Part shown: piece after piece, positions 47,743-60,792 of the stretch | How positions within the stretch are numbered: the first letter of the stretch is position 1 | How the letters are laid out: every line of letters begins with the position of its first letter | Source: an uncultured Bacilli bacterium | GTDB taxonomy: Bacteria; Bacillota_I; Bacilli_A; RF39; UBA660 | Length of the DNA: 64,000 nt | NCBI GenBank assembly: GCA_947626095.1 | Contig: CANQQV010000008.1 | Coordinates: 1 to 64,000 of the forward strand | Direction: 5' to 3' | Program-made: the position numbers and the translations under genes | The notes under the pieces: model-generated | The model's database searches: none | Seen by the model: the letters and a program-made list of their open reading frames with translations, nothing else | Told to the model about the DNA's origin: nothing

Positions 47743-48189
47743 TTAATTTAAACTATTTTTTAATTGTTTTAATTGAGCTAGGAAATCCTCTTCATGTTGA
47801 TATTCATTATGATAATTATGATTACTAACAATAGTATTATTTATTTCTTGTTCATTTTGGGACTGTTTTACTAATTCATCATAACTTATGATTGCCGTTT
47901 TTTCCTGCTCTATTTCATACTCTGTATAATCAACATTATGCTCTTTTGGTAATTGTTCTAGTTCTTTACTTAAATTTTGTAAATCAGTAGGACTATCATT
48001 TAATTGGGTGATATTGTTATTGCTATCAGGACTGATATTATTTGGTTGTGATGTTTGACTGACGTTATTATTTATTTCTTTGTTTTGAAGATATAAAAGT
48101 AATAAGATAGAAATAATGACAACAAACAATAAAGCAAATAAGATGTAGATAATAGGATTACTATTATTTACATTATCAAGTAAGAACAT
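47743..48189 (-). CDS. Hypothetical single-TM protein
   Basis: N-terminal TM; motifs YEIEQEKTAIISYDEL and EDFL.QLKQL. Confidence 0.6.
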   Translation of the reverse strand: MFLLDNVNNSNPIIYILFALLFVVIISILLLLYLQNKEINNNVSQTSQPNNISPDSNNNITQLNDSPTDLQNLSKELEQLPKEHNVDYTEYEIEQEKTAIISYDELVKQSQNEQEINNTIVSNHNYHNEYQHEEDFLAQLKQLKNSLN

Positions 48190-48210
48190 AACTATCACCT
48201 CGATTCATGT

Positions 48211-49497
48211 TTAAGAAACAATTATATATGGATTTTCAATAGTTCCATCGCCTTTTATTTTAGCATCAGTATTAATATTAATAACTGGTCTAATATAAGT
48301 ATTAGTAGATACTAGGGTTCCATCACCTATAGCACCATCTTTAGTAACGTTTATCATAGATACATTGTTGTCTTGATTTATAAAGTAACTACTACTAGTA
48401 ATATAACTACCTTCAATATCTTTATTATATAAATAATAAGATTGATTAGGCGTATTTTTGTAAGCACCAGCAAGGACTACTTCATCGACACTTAGAAGAC
48501 CTACTTTGCCAGTATAGATTGTAGCATTACAATATAAATCTGGCGCTGTATCAACAAATATTCGTTCATAAGAACGTGAATAATTTAAATTATTAAAGTT
48601 ATAAGTAAAGTTATTATCAGTACAGAAATCACTACTAGCTAAATAAGCGTCATAATTTTTTAATTTAGTATCAAGCCAAGTATTTAGAGTATTAATGATA
48701 GATGCTTCTTGTAATAAAGCTAAATCTTGATAATTACTTAATGTATTAGTGTTATAAGGATATTCGTTTTCTAAGACATCGTTTAAAACAAGTCTAACTG
48801 AACCATCACCGTTTATTCTAACTATTCTAAATAATAAATCACCTAATCTAACATAGTTATTATCAATATTACCTCTAAAATAGTAAGTTGTTCCTTTATT
48901 ATCACTAGAACTAATTAGCCCTTCATTAAGAGTGGCTATTTCATTACCAATACGAGTTTGAGGACTATTAATAGTATTGTTAAGTAAGATAAGATCATCA
49001 AAGGAATTAGTTGATAATGATTCATTTTCAACTTTTATGGTTCCTTTAAAATTGATAATAGTATTATTAGCTATTTCAATAGTAAAACGAACAGTATCTT
49101 CGCCTTCAATGGTAAATAAGTTTAATAGTTTAACTGTATTAGATTTAGTGGTTACTTCATCGATAACATTACCACTATAATCTTTTATTTTTACTTTAAT
49201 ATTGTTGGTATTTACGTCATTTAAATATAGTGAATAGTATACTCTATCAACAGAAGTATTGGTAATAGTTACTTTATATTCATGGGTTTTATTATCAATA
49301 AAGTTAATATCTTGACCATCGACATAGTTTATAATTAAATCCCCTTCATTAGATACAATAGCAACTGGACCTTCATCACTAAAAAAATCTTTAATTTTAC
49401 TGCCAACTAAAGCGGCAGCCACAATTAAAAAGAAAATAATGATTAGAGTCAAAATTACAATTTTATATTTGACATCTATATCTAGAATTCGAGCCAT
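48211..49497 (-). CDS. Membrane-anchored surface protein with a DUF6273/CLec-like C-terminal domain
   Basis: TM anchor; YYFRG...NNYV...FRIVRINGDGSVRL, VGLLSVDE, IRPVINI, GDGT..NPY. Confidence 0.6.
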   Translation of the reverse strand: MARILDIDVKYKIVILTLIIIFFLIVAAALVGSKIKDFFSDEGPVAIVSNEGDLIINYVDGQDINFIDNKTHEYKVTITNTSVDRVYYSLYLNDVNTNNIKVKIKDYSGNVIDEVTTKSNTVKLLNLFTIEGEDTVRFTIEIANNTIINFKGTIKVENESLSTNSFDDLILLNNTINSPQTRIGNEIATLNEGLISSSDNKGTTYYFRGNIDNNYVRLGDLLFRIVRINGDGSVRLVLNDVLENEYPYNTNTLSNYQDLALLQEASIINTLNTWLDTKLKNYDAYLASSDFCTDNNFTYNFNNLNYSRSYERIFVDTAPDLYCNATIYTGKVGLLSVDEVVLAGAYKNTPNQSYYLYNKDIEGSYITSSSYFINQDNNVSMINVTKDGAIGDGTLVSTNTYIRPVININTDAKIKGDGTIENPYIIVS

Positions 49498-49639
49498 AGA
49501 ACTTCTCACCTTTTCAGTATTTATTATATCAAAAAATAGATAACTCAACAATATTCTTTAAAAGTAATAAATAATTTCAGAATTTGTTTATAATAACTGT
49601 TTAATAATTATTTTACTGTTTTTTCGTATATCCCATAGA

Positions 49640-49653
49640 AATCGAATTCGATT
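49640..49653. promoter_or_regulatory. Perfect 14-bp palindrome upstream of the XRE regulator (candidate operator)
   Basis: aatcgaattcgatt in the divergent intergenic region. Confidence 0.4.
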
Positions 49654-49687
49654 AATTTTAAATGGAATAATTATTTTGGTGATATTA

Positions 49688-50128
49688 ATGATTGTTGAGA
49701 AGTTAAGAGAAAGTCGTGAATCACTAGATATTAAGCAGAAAGATATTGCCAAATTATTTAGTGTTCATTTTACAACTGTTTCTGGTTGGGAGAACGGAAA
49801 TGATACAATTCCTTTAGCAAGACTGATTATTTACGCTAATTATTTTAATTTTAGTTTAGATTATTTATATGGACTTACAAAACATAATCAAAAATATGAG
49901 AAGATTATTGTTAATCTTGATAATATTGCAAAAAATTTAAAAGCATTAAGAAAAGCTAATAATATGACGCAGACAGAAGTATGTAAAAGATTAAATATTG
50001 CTCATAGTTCTTATTCAGATTATGAAACTGGCAAACGATTAATATCAACAACGACTTTATATGCTTTAACAACAATCTATAAACCATTTTCAATAGATGC
50101 AATATTTGATAGAAAAAAGGTAAAATAA
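49688..50128 (+). CDS. Transcriptional regulator with two XRE-type HTH domains
   Basis: LRESR...KQKDIA...VSGWENG...SLDYL.G and LKALRK...TQTEV...YSDYETG.R. Confidence 0.9.
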   Translation: MIVEKLRESRESLDIKQKDIAKLFSVHFTTVSGWENGNDTIPLARLIIYANYFNFSLDYLYGLTKHNQKYEKIIVNLDNIAKNLKALRKANNMTQTEVCKRLNIAHSSYSDYETGKRLISTTTLYALTTIYKPFSIDAIFDRKKVK

Positions 50129-50155
50129 AGGAGAATCAAAAATGATTCTCTTTTT

Positions 50156-51265
50156 TTATAAATATTTTTTAAAGTTTTTAAATGAACTACCTGTTTCTAA
50201 ATCTGTTTTATCAAGTTCTTTAAATAGTTCTTTTTGTTTACGATCTAGTTTATCAGGAATAACAACGTCGATAACAACGTACATATCACCTTTTTTATTA
50301 CGTGTTGGATCTTTTACTCCTTTACCACGTAATCTTAGTTGATCACCTGGCTGAGTACCAGCGTCAATATCTAATATAACTGTACCATCAATTGTTGGAA
50401 TTTCTTTCTTACAACCTAGAACAGCTTCGGTTATTGTTAGAGGAACATCAATGTATATATCATTTTCTTTTCTTTCAAATAATGGATGATCTTTAACAAT
50501 GAACTCTATATAAATATCGCCGTTAGGTCCACCATTGTAACCAGCGGCTCCCTTACCAGATATTCTTAGTTGGTAACCGGTATCAACACCTTCAGGAATA
50601 GTGATTTCAATTTCTTTATTTTTAACAACGTGACCTGTTCCACCACATTTTTTACATGTGCTTTTGAAGGTTTTACCACGACCACCACAGTTAGGGCATG
50701 TACTTTCAGCTTGGAAGACACCAAACATGGTTCTTTGTTCAGTAATTACTTTGCCATGGCCACCACATGTACGACATGTTTCTTCGCCACTACCACCTTT
50801 GCCATCGCATTCTTCACATTCAGAATCTAAATCAATATTGATGGCCTTTTTACAACCGAAAACGGCTTCTTCAAAGGTTAAATTAACTTTAACTAAGGAA
50901 TCACGGCCTTTTGTAGGACGGTTGCTTCTTGTTCTTCTACTGCCGCCAAACATACTACCACCAAATAAGTCTTCAAAAATACTTGATAAATCAATATCAT
51001 CAGCAGAGAAACCACCAAAGCCACCTTGAGCAGCACCGTTTGTATAAGCCTCATGACCTAATTGATCGTATTGACGTCTTTTATCTGGATCAGATAAAAC
51101 GGCATACGCTTCACCTATTTCTTTAAATTTAGCTTCAGCCCCAGGTTCTTTGTTAATATCAGGATGGTATTTTTTGGCCATTTTTCTAAAAGCACTTTTT
51201 ATTTCGTCTTCAGTGGCATTTTTAGAAACGCCTAATGTTTCATAATAATCTTTACTGCTAGCCAT
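50156..51265 (-). CDS. dnaJ: Chaperone DnaJ
   Basis: J-domain HPD, G/F region, four CxxCxGxG repeats. Confidence 0.98.
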   Translation of the reverse strand: MASSKDYYETLGVSKNATEDEIKSAFRKMAKKYHPDINKEPGAEAKFKEIGEAYAVLSDPDKRRQYDQLGHEAYTNGAAQGGFGGFSADDIDLSSIFEDLFGGSMFGGSRRTRSNRPTKGRDSLVKVNLTFEEAVFGCKKAINIDLDSECEECDGKGGSGEETCRTCGGHGKVITEQRTMFGVFQAESTCPNCGGRGKTFKSTCKKCGGTGHVVKNKEIEITIPEGVDTGYQLRISGKGAAGYNGGPNGDIYIEFIVKDHPLFERKENDIYIDVPLTITEAVLGCKKEIPTIDGTVILDIDAGTQPGDQLRLRGKGVKDPTRNKKGDMYVVIDVVIPDKLDRKQKELFKELDKTDLETGSSFKNFKKYL

Positions 51266-53064
51266 TATTTCACCTCACCCTCATATATTTCTTTAAATTT
51301 AGTGATTAAAGAATCAAAGTATTTAATGGCATCTTCATACACTTTTTGATCTTCTAAGTTAACACCTAAAATAGCAAAAGCTTCACTCGGCCATTTATCA
51401 GAACCACACTTTAAGAATTTTAAGTAATTAGTAAGCATAGCTTGGTCACCAGCTAAGATTTTAGAAGCAACTGATGAAGCTACACTAATACAGATGGCAT
51501 AACTATATAAATAGAAATTCATATAATAATGACTTCTAGTTATCCATTTATTCTTGGCATATTTATCGATTTTAACAGCTGGGCCATAATATTTTTTTAA
51601 TGATGCTTTAGTTTTTTTATCCATAAATTCTTTAGTGATTGCGCCACCTTTATGAACTAAGCTATACATTTCTTGTTCAAGCTTTCCTTCTCTTACAGCA
51701 CCGAATAAATTAGAGGTGATTACTTCTAGGATATTAGCAATACCAGCTAGTTTTTCTTCTTTATCTTGACTATTACTTACAAGATAACTAGAAAGTAAGC
51801 ATTCATTAGTTAAAGAAGCTACTTCAGCTACTAAACTAGGAACAAAGCGATATTGATATGGATTATTTTCGTTTTCATATTGGTGATGAACGTTATGACC
51901 TGATTCATGAGCAATAGTTGAAACAGAGTCTAAATTACCATTAAAGCTTAATAAAATACGTGAGTCTTGATTAAGAGATGAGGCAGAATACCCACCACTA
52001 CATTTACCTTTATATTGACAATAATCGATATAATGATTATCAATAATTTTAGCGTATTTTTTACTATAATCTTCACCTAATGGTTTAATAGCTTTTCTTA
52101 TTAGTTCTTGTGCTTCAGGAATAGTATATTCTTTATCAGAAGCAGCTATTTCTAAGTTTAAATCATACATTTTTAATTTATCTAAACCTAATACTTCTCT
52201 TTTTAAATCAAAATAACGATGTAATGAGTCTAAATGTTCTTCAGTAGTTTTAACTAAAGTTTTAAAGACTTTGTCACTTAGATTTAAATTAAATAATTTT
52301 TGTGACCATGAATCTTTAAAATGATATATTTGCGCCAACTTATCATTCATACTTACATAACTATTTAAATATGAAGCATTACTACTACTATATTGTTCAA
52401 GTTTTTTATTAAATAAGTTATATACTCTTTTACGAATATTTTCGTCTTTATTTTTAGTAAGTAAACGATAGTTAGTTGTGGCGATAACGACATTTTCACC
52501 ATCAACTTTTACTTTACCATAATCATGTTCATTATTAAGTAAATTAGAAGACATATCATCGTAATGATTCATCGCTGTAGTTAATTCATTAACAATTACT
52601 TCTTCACGTTCTGGTAAAACATGATCTTTATTACGATATATTTTATCAAGAAGAGCTTTATACTCTAATAGTTTATCATTACTTTTGAATAAAGCTTCGT
52701 ATTCTTCTTTACTTAATTTAAGTAATTCAGGTTCGAAGAAACTAGTATTATTGGAAAGCATAGCACCTAGTTGTTCAGCTTTATTTTTACGGATTATATT
52801 TTCTTCTTTACCTAGTTCTTCATCATCTTTTAAAAAGGCATAAACATATAAGTCCTCAAAATGAACTAAGGTTTCATATTGAAGATGTAAAAATTCATAT
52901 AATTTATGAGCATCTTTAGTACAACCAATATATTTTTTTAAATCATTAACTTCTTGCAAGGTTGTGGTATATGTTTTATTGTATTCTTCTTCATTTTTAA
53001 AGAAGGGAGTTAAATCCCATTTGTATTCTTCTGGTACTTCACTACGGTTATTATATTTTTGCAT
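51265..53064 (-). CDS. pepF: Oligoendopeptidase F (M3B)
   Basis: [32 protein letters not shown]...SHYY.NFY.YSYA. Confidence 0.93.
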   Translation of the reverse strand: MQKYNNRSEVPEEYKWDLTPFFKNEEEYNKTYTTTLQEVNDLKKYIGCTKDAHKLYEFLHLQYETLVHFEDLYVYAFLKDDEELGKEENIIRKNKAEQLGAMLSNNTSFFEPELLKLSKEEYEALFKSNDKLLEYKALLDKIYRNKDHVLPEREEVIVNELTTAMNHYDDMSSNLLNNEHDYGKVKVDGENVVIATTNYRLLTKNKDENIRKRVYNLFNKKLEQYSSSNASYLNSYVSMNDKLAQIYHFKDSWSQKLFNLNLSDKVFKTLVKTTEEHLDSLHRYFDLKREVLGLDKLKMYDLNLEIAASDKEYTIPEAQELIRKAIKPLGEDYSKKYAKIIDNHYIDYCQYKGKCSGGYSASSLNQDSRILLSFNGNLDSVSTIAHESGHNVHHQYENENNPYQYRFVPSLVAEVASLTNECLLSSYLVSNSQDKEEKLAGIANILEVITSNLFGAVREGKLEQEMYSLVHKGGAITKEFMDKKTKASLKKYYGPAVKIDKYAKNKWITRSHYYMNFYLYSYAICISVASSVASKILAGDQAMLTNYLKFLKCGSDKWPSEAFAILGVNLEDQKVYEDAIKYFDSLITKFKEIYEGEVK

Positions 53065-53085
53065 GACTTCCTCCTCTATATCAGT

Positions 53086-53113
53086 TAAAAGTTCTAGTTT
53101 CCTAGAACTTTTA
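53086..53113 (-). terminator. Hairpin between dnaK and pepF (attenuator or stabiliser)
   Basis: taaaagttctag-tttc-ctagaactttta. Confidence 0.65.
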
Positions 53114-53124
53114 CTAATACTTTA

Positions 53125-55498
<2,374 letters not shown>

Positions 55499-55499
<1 letters not shown>

Positions 55500-56149
55500 T
55501 ATTTACTAACCTTTACCATTGCATGGCGAATAACTTTTCCTTTATATGTATAACCTTTTTGAAGAACATCAACAACTGTATTTGGTTTTACTTCAGGGGC
55601 TTCTTCCATTAAAACGGCTTCCATCGTATTTGGATCAAATGGTTTATTTAGGATATCCATAACTTCGACTTCATACCCTTTTAAGGTATCACTTAAATTA
55701 CCATAGATCATTTTAAAGCCACTTAGGAATTTACTAACTTCATCTTCTAAATTAGTATCATCCATTTGAATAGCTCGTTCAAAGTTATCAACAATTGGTA
55801 ATAACTTTTTAATTAAATCTTCACCTTCGTATTTTAAAAGATTAGCTTTTTCCTCTTCCATACGACGACGCATATTTTGCATTTCAGCGTTTGCTCTTAA
55901 ATATTTGTCTTTTAAAGAATCAATTTCAGCTTGAAGTTTTTTCTTTTCTTCATCGTCTTTTTTCTTAAAAAGGCCTTTTTTCTCTTCTTTTTTAGCTGGT
56001 TCTGGTTCTTTTGGCATTTCTTTTGGCAGATCAGCTTCAGTTACTTCAGGAACTGGTTCTTGAGGAGTTTCTTCTTTTATTTCTTCTTTTATTTCTTCTT
56101 TTACTTCCTCAGTTGGAGCCGTTTCTAAATTTTTATTTTCTTCAGACAT
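55499..56149 (-). CDS. grpE: Nucleotide exchange factor GrpE
   Basis: LRANAEMQNMRRR, LLPIVDNFERA, FDPN..EA, QKGY...KVIR.AMV.V. Confidence 0.97.
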
Positions 56150-56205
56150 AAGTCATCTCACTCTCTATCTAAAATCTATAGTAAGTATAATATTACTCAC
56201 ATAAA

Positions 56206-57204
56206 TTATTTGTCTCTTTCTTTTAGTTCTTGATTAATGTATTCAAGTAAACCTACTACTTTGTCATATTCCATTCTCTTTGGACCAACAATCGCAATAG
56301 TTCCTTCTTCACCATTAATTTTATATTTACTTTTGACAACGGTAACATTTGGATCAAATTCAGATTGTTCACCAATATAAACGTTAACGCCATCGCCTGT
56401 TTCTTCGATTTTTCTAACTAAGGATTCATCTTCAAATTTATTAACAATCCTTTTTATTTCATCAATGTTATTATATTCAGGTTGTTTTAAAATATTAGTT
56501 TTACCACTGAAGAAGACATTAGGACTATTTTTAGTAAAGTCATTAAAGGCATCGTGGAATATTTCATAAACAGTTTCATATTGTTTAATAGTTTTACTAA
56601 TAACTGGCTTTACTTCAAATTCTAGTCTCTGACTTACTTCGTTAATTGGTGTACCAATTAGCATCTTATTAATTATTTCACAGGTCTTAACTAATTCAAC
56701 CATATAAATATCTTGGGGAATAGTAAATTTTTTATTTTCAACTATTCCTTTGTTAGTACAAACCAAGGCGATTATTTGATTATTTTCTAAAGGTATAATA
56801 CTTACTTGTTGCAAAGTATTATCACTAGAGTTCTTACCTAAAACAACGCTTGTATAATTAGTTATTTCGGCGATTATTTCCATACATTTATTAATGGCAT
56901 CGCTTACTTGTAGTTGTTGGTTATGGAAGATAGTTTGAAGTTTTAACATTTCTTCCCCATTTAACTCTTTAGGTTTCATCAAATGATCAACGTAATATTG
57001 GTAACCTAGTTCGGAAGGAACACGACCACTAGAAACATGGTTTTTTTCTAAGTATCCGAGCTTTTCTAAAGCAGCCATTTCATTACGAATAGTGGCTGAG
57101 GAAAGCTTAAATTTTTTACATAGAGCTTTGCTCCCGACTGGCTTAACGAATTTAATATAAGACTCAACTATTTCTTTTAATAGTTTTTCTTGTCTTTCAT
57201 CCAT
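56206..57204 (-). CDS. hrcA: Heat-inducible transcription repressor HrcA
   Basis: PVGSK.L, SSATIRNEM..LE..GYL, H.SSGRVPS..GY.YYVD, GPKRM.Y. Confidence 0.97.
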   Translation of the reverse strand: MDERQEKLLKEIVESYIKFVKPVGSKALCKKFKLSSATIRNEMAALEKLGYLEKNHVSSGRVPSELGYQYYVDHLMKPKELNGEEMLKLQTIFHNQQLQVSDAINKCMEIIAEITNYTSVVLGKNSSDNTLQQVSIIPLENNQIIALVCTNKGIVENKKFTIPQDIYMVELVKTCEIINKMLIGTPINEVSQRLEFEVKPVISKTIKQYETVYEIFHDAFNDFTKNSPNVFFSGKTNILKQPEYNNIDEIKRIVNKFEDESLVRKIEETGDGVNVYIGEQSEFDPNVTVVKSKYKINGEEGTIAIVGPKRMEYDKVVGLLEYINQELKERDK

Positions 57205-57217
57205 TCTATCACCTCTA

Positions 57218-57244
57218 TTAGCACTCACACTTTTTTAGTGCTAA
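57218..57244. promoter_or_regulatory. CIRCE operator
   Basis: TTAGCACTC-N9-TAGTGCTAA just upstream of the hrcA RBS. Confidence 0.92.
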
Positions 57245-57248
57245 ATAA

Positions 57249-57277
57249 ATTATAGCGATATTGTTAGCACTTGTCAA
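57249..57277 (-). promoter_or_regulatory. SigA promoter of the hrcA operon
   Basis: Perfect TTGACA-N17-TATAAT on the minus strand. Confidence 0.9.
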
Positions 57278-57291
57278 TGGTAAAGTGCTAA
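57264..57291. promoter_or_regulatory. Second CIRCE-like element (10-nt spacer) enclosing the -35 box
   Basis: TTAGCACTT-N10-AAGTGCTAA. Confidence 0.7.
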
Positions 57292-57403
57292 TTTTTTTAT
57301 ACTTAATTAAACAATCACATTCAATATTTAACAATAAATAAATGAAAATTATTTATTTAACCTAAAAATTTGCTATAATAAAAATAAGAAAAGATGTGAG
57401 GCT

Positions 57404-58390
57404 ATGAAATCGTCGGTTAAACGTCGAAAACGCTATCGTTTAAAGTCTGGAGTGACGAGATTTTTAATTTATGCAGCTTTCTTTTTAGGATTATTTATTT
57501 ATGGTTATATTGGAATAAGTAATGCGATTAAAAATATTAATTATCGTGAAACATATGAATATAAATTAACGAATTTAGGATATTCAATGGATGATACAAG
57601 AAAGCTAATTGCCATTTTAAAACCAGAACGATTAGATGAAATATTAAAAGAAGAACAATATAATGAGATATATCATAATATTCTTCAACAAAAGTATTTT
57701 ATTGATAAGAATTTTGAAGATTATGTAACTTATAAAGTATCGCATTCTGATGTTTCATATGAAGATACCATTGCCATAGTTAATGTTCATGCAAATAATG
57801 GATGGTATAATACTTCTTTTGAAAGTAATATTGATGATGGTTATTTGGTATTAGTAAATAAGTTTTATCATTTAAATAAAGATTATAAGAGAGTTGATTT
57901 AGAAAAAGCTAATTTAGCATATGCTTATGCAGATAATCAAGCTGCTAGTATTGTTTTAGAGAATTTTGAACAAATGCGTGATGATGTTTTTAATGAATTA
58001 AATGTTAAATTGATGATTAATTCATCTTATCGTTCATATGAAAATCAAGAAGCAATATATAATGATTATAAAAATATTAGTTTGAAGTATGCTGATCAAT
58101 ATGCAGCAAGACCAGGTTATTCAGAGCATCAAACAGGTTTATCTTTAGATATTACTTCGTGGGAACATCCTGGACAAAAGGCTTTTACCGAATCAGCTGA
58201 ATATGAATGGTTAAAGAATAATGCTTATAAATATGGTTTTATCTTAAGATATCCCGAAGGTAAAGAAAATATTACCGGGTATAATACTGAGAGTTGGCAT
58301 TTTAGATATGTTGGTAATGAAGTAGCTAAACAAATATACAATGAAGGAATTACTTTTGATGAGTATTATGCTTATTATATAGAACAATAA
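57404..58390 (+). CDS. M15B (VanY/LdcB-like) D,D- or L,D-carboxypeptidase, membrane anchored
   Basis: LVNK, SSYRS...Q, ARPGYSEHQTGL..D, YGFILRYP, E.WH.RYVG. Confidence 0.92.
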   Translation: MKSSVKRRKRYRLKSGVTRFLIYAAFFLGLFIYGYIGISNAIKNINYRETYEYKLTNLGYSMDDTRKLIAILKPERLDEILKEEQYNEIYHNILQQKYFIDKNFEDYVTYKVSHSDVSYEDTIAIVNVHANNGWYNTSFESNIDDGYLVLVNKFYHLNKDYKRVDLEKANLAYAYADNQAASIVLENFEQMRDDVFNELNVKLMINSSYRSYENQEAIYNDYKNISLKYADQYAARPGYSEHQTGLSLDITSWEHPGQKAFTESAEYEWLKNNAYKYGFILRYPEGKENITGYNTESWHFRYVGNEVAKQIYNEGITFDEYYAYYIEQ

Positions 58391-58418
58391 AAAAACTCTA
58401 GTTTACACTAGGGCTTTT

Positions 58419-60698
58419 TTATTGTTCTTCTTCAGGTTGTGGTGAAGATACTACTCCACTTGAATCAATTAAGTGTTTGTCATAATCAGTTCCATTGTAT
58501 ATAGAAATGATATAATCACTGCCAGTTTGTGATACTTTAAAAGCAGGATTAGCAGTATTACAATAAGGATAGTCTTTGACTTTGATGCCAGTATTATTTA
58601 TTTTACTACCATAATAATTGTAGATATAAAGTTCTTTATTATTATCGATACCAGCATAGTAAGTGTCATATAATTCAACATAAGCAAAGTTATCACTACT
58701 AACTGGCGTACCATTGTAATCATAGATATGATAGCTATCACCAACTTTTACTTTAAAGTAATTTAGATTCTCACTATATCCTCTAATTTTACTATCAAAG
58801 CCAATTGATTCTTTTGAATCATCAAAATGAATTTTCCATTTATTAGTTGTATCTAAAGTTAAAATATAGTCACCGATTTTTTCCATTTTATTATAGTTAA
58901 ATTGATATTTAGGAATTACTTTATCTTCATCAATAGTTATCATACCGTATTTACCTTTTTTACCTAAGGCGATGACATCAAGAGTACCTTCATATAATGT
59001 CACTTTATTATCGTTGTTAGGAGTATTTGAATTAATTGTTGTATAACCATTATCAACAAGAGATTTATTAGCTTTTAAATCATATAAAATAATATTATTT
59101 AAGCCATCAGCAATAAAGACATATCTTTTATTAACAATTGGAACACGGCTATTACGGTTCATATCTTCAGGTTTAACCATATCGTTATCTTCATAAACAG
59201 TATCTGTTGCAATAAAACACATTGTATAGTCATCATCTTCAGATGAGACATCGTTATTATTTGAACATTTATATGATCCTAATAGTTGTTCTTTAGTTGA
59301 ATCTTCGTAAAAATATAACATACCATCAAAATAATTAACATATTCATATTTAGCATTAACTAATGACTCAGCAACGTTTACTGTCTTAGTTTCAGGGTTA
59401 GTAATATCATTATCATAAACTTGAATTTGAATAGTAATTTTATCAGGAATATTTATTTCAAAGCTAGCTTTAGTTTCGGCTAGTTCACCATCATCATTAT
59501 AAATAAATGTTTTAACATAGTTTTTATTTTTTAATTTAATATTACCTTCATTTATTTTATTTTTGTCTTTATCTTTAATATATAGATTATTGTCTTTAAC
59601 TAAGAAAATATAATTATCTTTAATTGTAATGTAGTCATACTCTTTATCTAGTAAAGTAGCTTTATAATCATATATTGTATAAACACCAGAGACTTTGGCA
59701 ACAACAAAATTGTCATTGTAATTGGTTATTTCATAACTAGAACTAAAATTACCACTTAAGCTTTTATTATTCTTATCAATAATTTTATAACCTTTATTAT
59801 ATTTAGCTAATAAATTATTTTCACCATTTATCATACCTAAATAGTCGTATTGTTCTTCAATTAAGCTTGTGATACCATCTTCAACTTTAATTAAACCATA
59901 TTTTTTATCAGTAGCAACAATAGCATAGTTATCATCATAAGCTTTGACAGATTGATATTCTTTTAAAACTTTATTGTCTTTGATTGAATATAATTTTATT
60001 TTAGCATTTGCTTCTTCTTTGTTATCAACAACATATGCATATGCATCGTCAACAATTGGATAACGTTGATCTTTTGGTTGACCCTTCTCATCTAATAGAG
60101 TTGGAATATCAAAGGTATCATCAGTCTTGTTAAAGCCTACATAACATAAAGAAGCAGATTTATTTTCACATTCATAAGTTCCTACTTCATTACCATCAGC
60201 ACCTAAAAAATGAAGTGTACCATCTTTATAATAAAAATTATCAGCTAAAACTGGTGGTTCTTCTACTGATGGGGTTTGATTGTCTGGATTTTCATCATTA
60301 CGATTTTTATTTAAAAAGACAACTAAGAAAACGATAAGAGCAGCGATTAAAACGACAACTAAAACGGCAATAGTAATAAAGAGAATCTTCTTTTTCTTAT
60401 CTAAAGATTGCCATTTATCTTTTATCTTGGTAAAGATACTAACCTTTTCAGGGTCTTCTTCAGATTCTTCAGAATCTTCATCTTCATTTTCTTCTTCAAT
60501 TATTGCTTCAGCCATAGCAATGTTCTTTTCCGCTAAGGCTTCTTCGGCTTCCTCTTCTTTTTCTTTATTTAAACTTTCTTCTAAAATATCTTTATTCTTT
60601 TCAACTCGACTTAAGCTTTCTTCTATTTCCTCTTCATTCTCTTCGAGATCTTTCAGTGTAGTAATGGGTTTTGTTTTTTCTAAATCTTCATCCATCAT
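58419..60698 (-). CDS. Large membrane-anchored surface protein with acidic cytoplasmic N-terminus and WG-like repeats
   Basis: Acidic N-terminus, TM, duplicated Y.DG.L.F....G.Y.C.N module, KYGLIK...LIEEQYD and KYGMIT...YQFNY. Confidence 0.65.
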   Translation of the reverse strand: MMDEDLEKTKPITTLKDLEENEEEIEESLSRVEKNKDILEESLNKEKEEEAEEALAEKNIAMAEAIIEEENEDEDSEESEEDPEKVSIFTKIKDKWQSLDKKKKILFITIAVLVVVLIAALIVFLVVFLNKNRNDENPDNQTPSVEEPPVLADNFYYKDGTLHFLGADGNEVGTYECENKSASLCYVGFNKTDDTFDIPTLLDEKGQPKDQRYPIVDDAYAYVVDNKEEANAKIKLYSIKDNKVLKEYQSVKAYDDNYAIVATDKKYGLIKVEDGITSLIEEQYDYLGMINGENNLLAKYNKGYKIIDKNNKSLSGNFSSSYEITNYNDNFVVAKVSGVYTIYDYKATLLDKEYDYITIKDNYIFLVKDNNLYIKDKDKNKINEGNIKLKNKNYVKTFIYNDDGELAETKASFEINIPDKITIQIQVYDNDITNPETKTVNVAESLVNAKYEYVNYFDGMLYFYEDSTKEQLLGSYKCSNNNDVSSEDDDYTMCFIATDTVYEDNDMVKPEDMNRNSRVPIVNKRYVFIADGLNNIILYDLKANKSLVDNGYTTINSNTPNNDNKVTLYEGTLDVIALGKKGKYGMITIDEDKVIPKYQFNYNKMEKIGDYILTLDTTNKWKIHFDDSKESIGFDSKIRGYSENLNYFKVKVGDSYHIYDYNGTPVSSDNFAYVELYDTYYAGIDNNKELYIYNYYGSKINNTGIKVKDYPYCNTANPAFKVSQTGSDYIISIYNGTDYDKHLIDSSGVVSSPQPEEEQ

Positions 60699-60792
60699 TT
60701 TGATCTACCTTTCTAATCTAAGAAGATTATATCATATTTCATTTTAATACAACATATTTTTTAAAAAGGAAAAAAACTCTAAAGAGAGTTTT

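Noticed and set aside
57404-58390. VanY as a vancomycin-resistance gene
   Set aside because: No vanA/vanH/vanX/vanRS nearby; stand-alone M15B carboxypeptidases are ordinary wall enzymes
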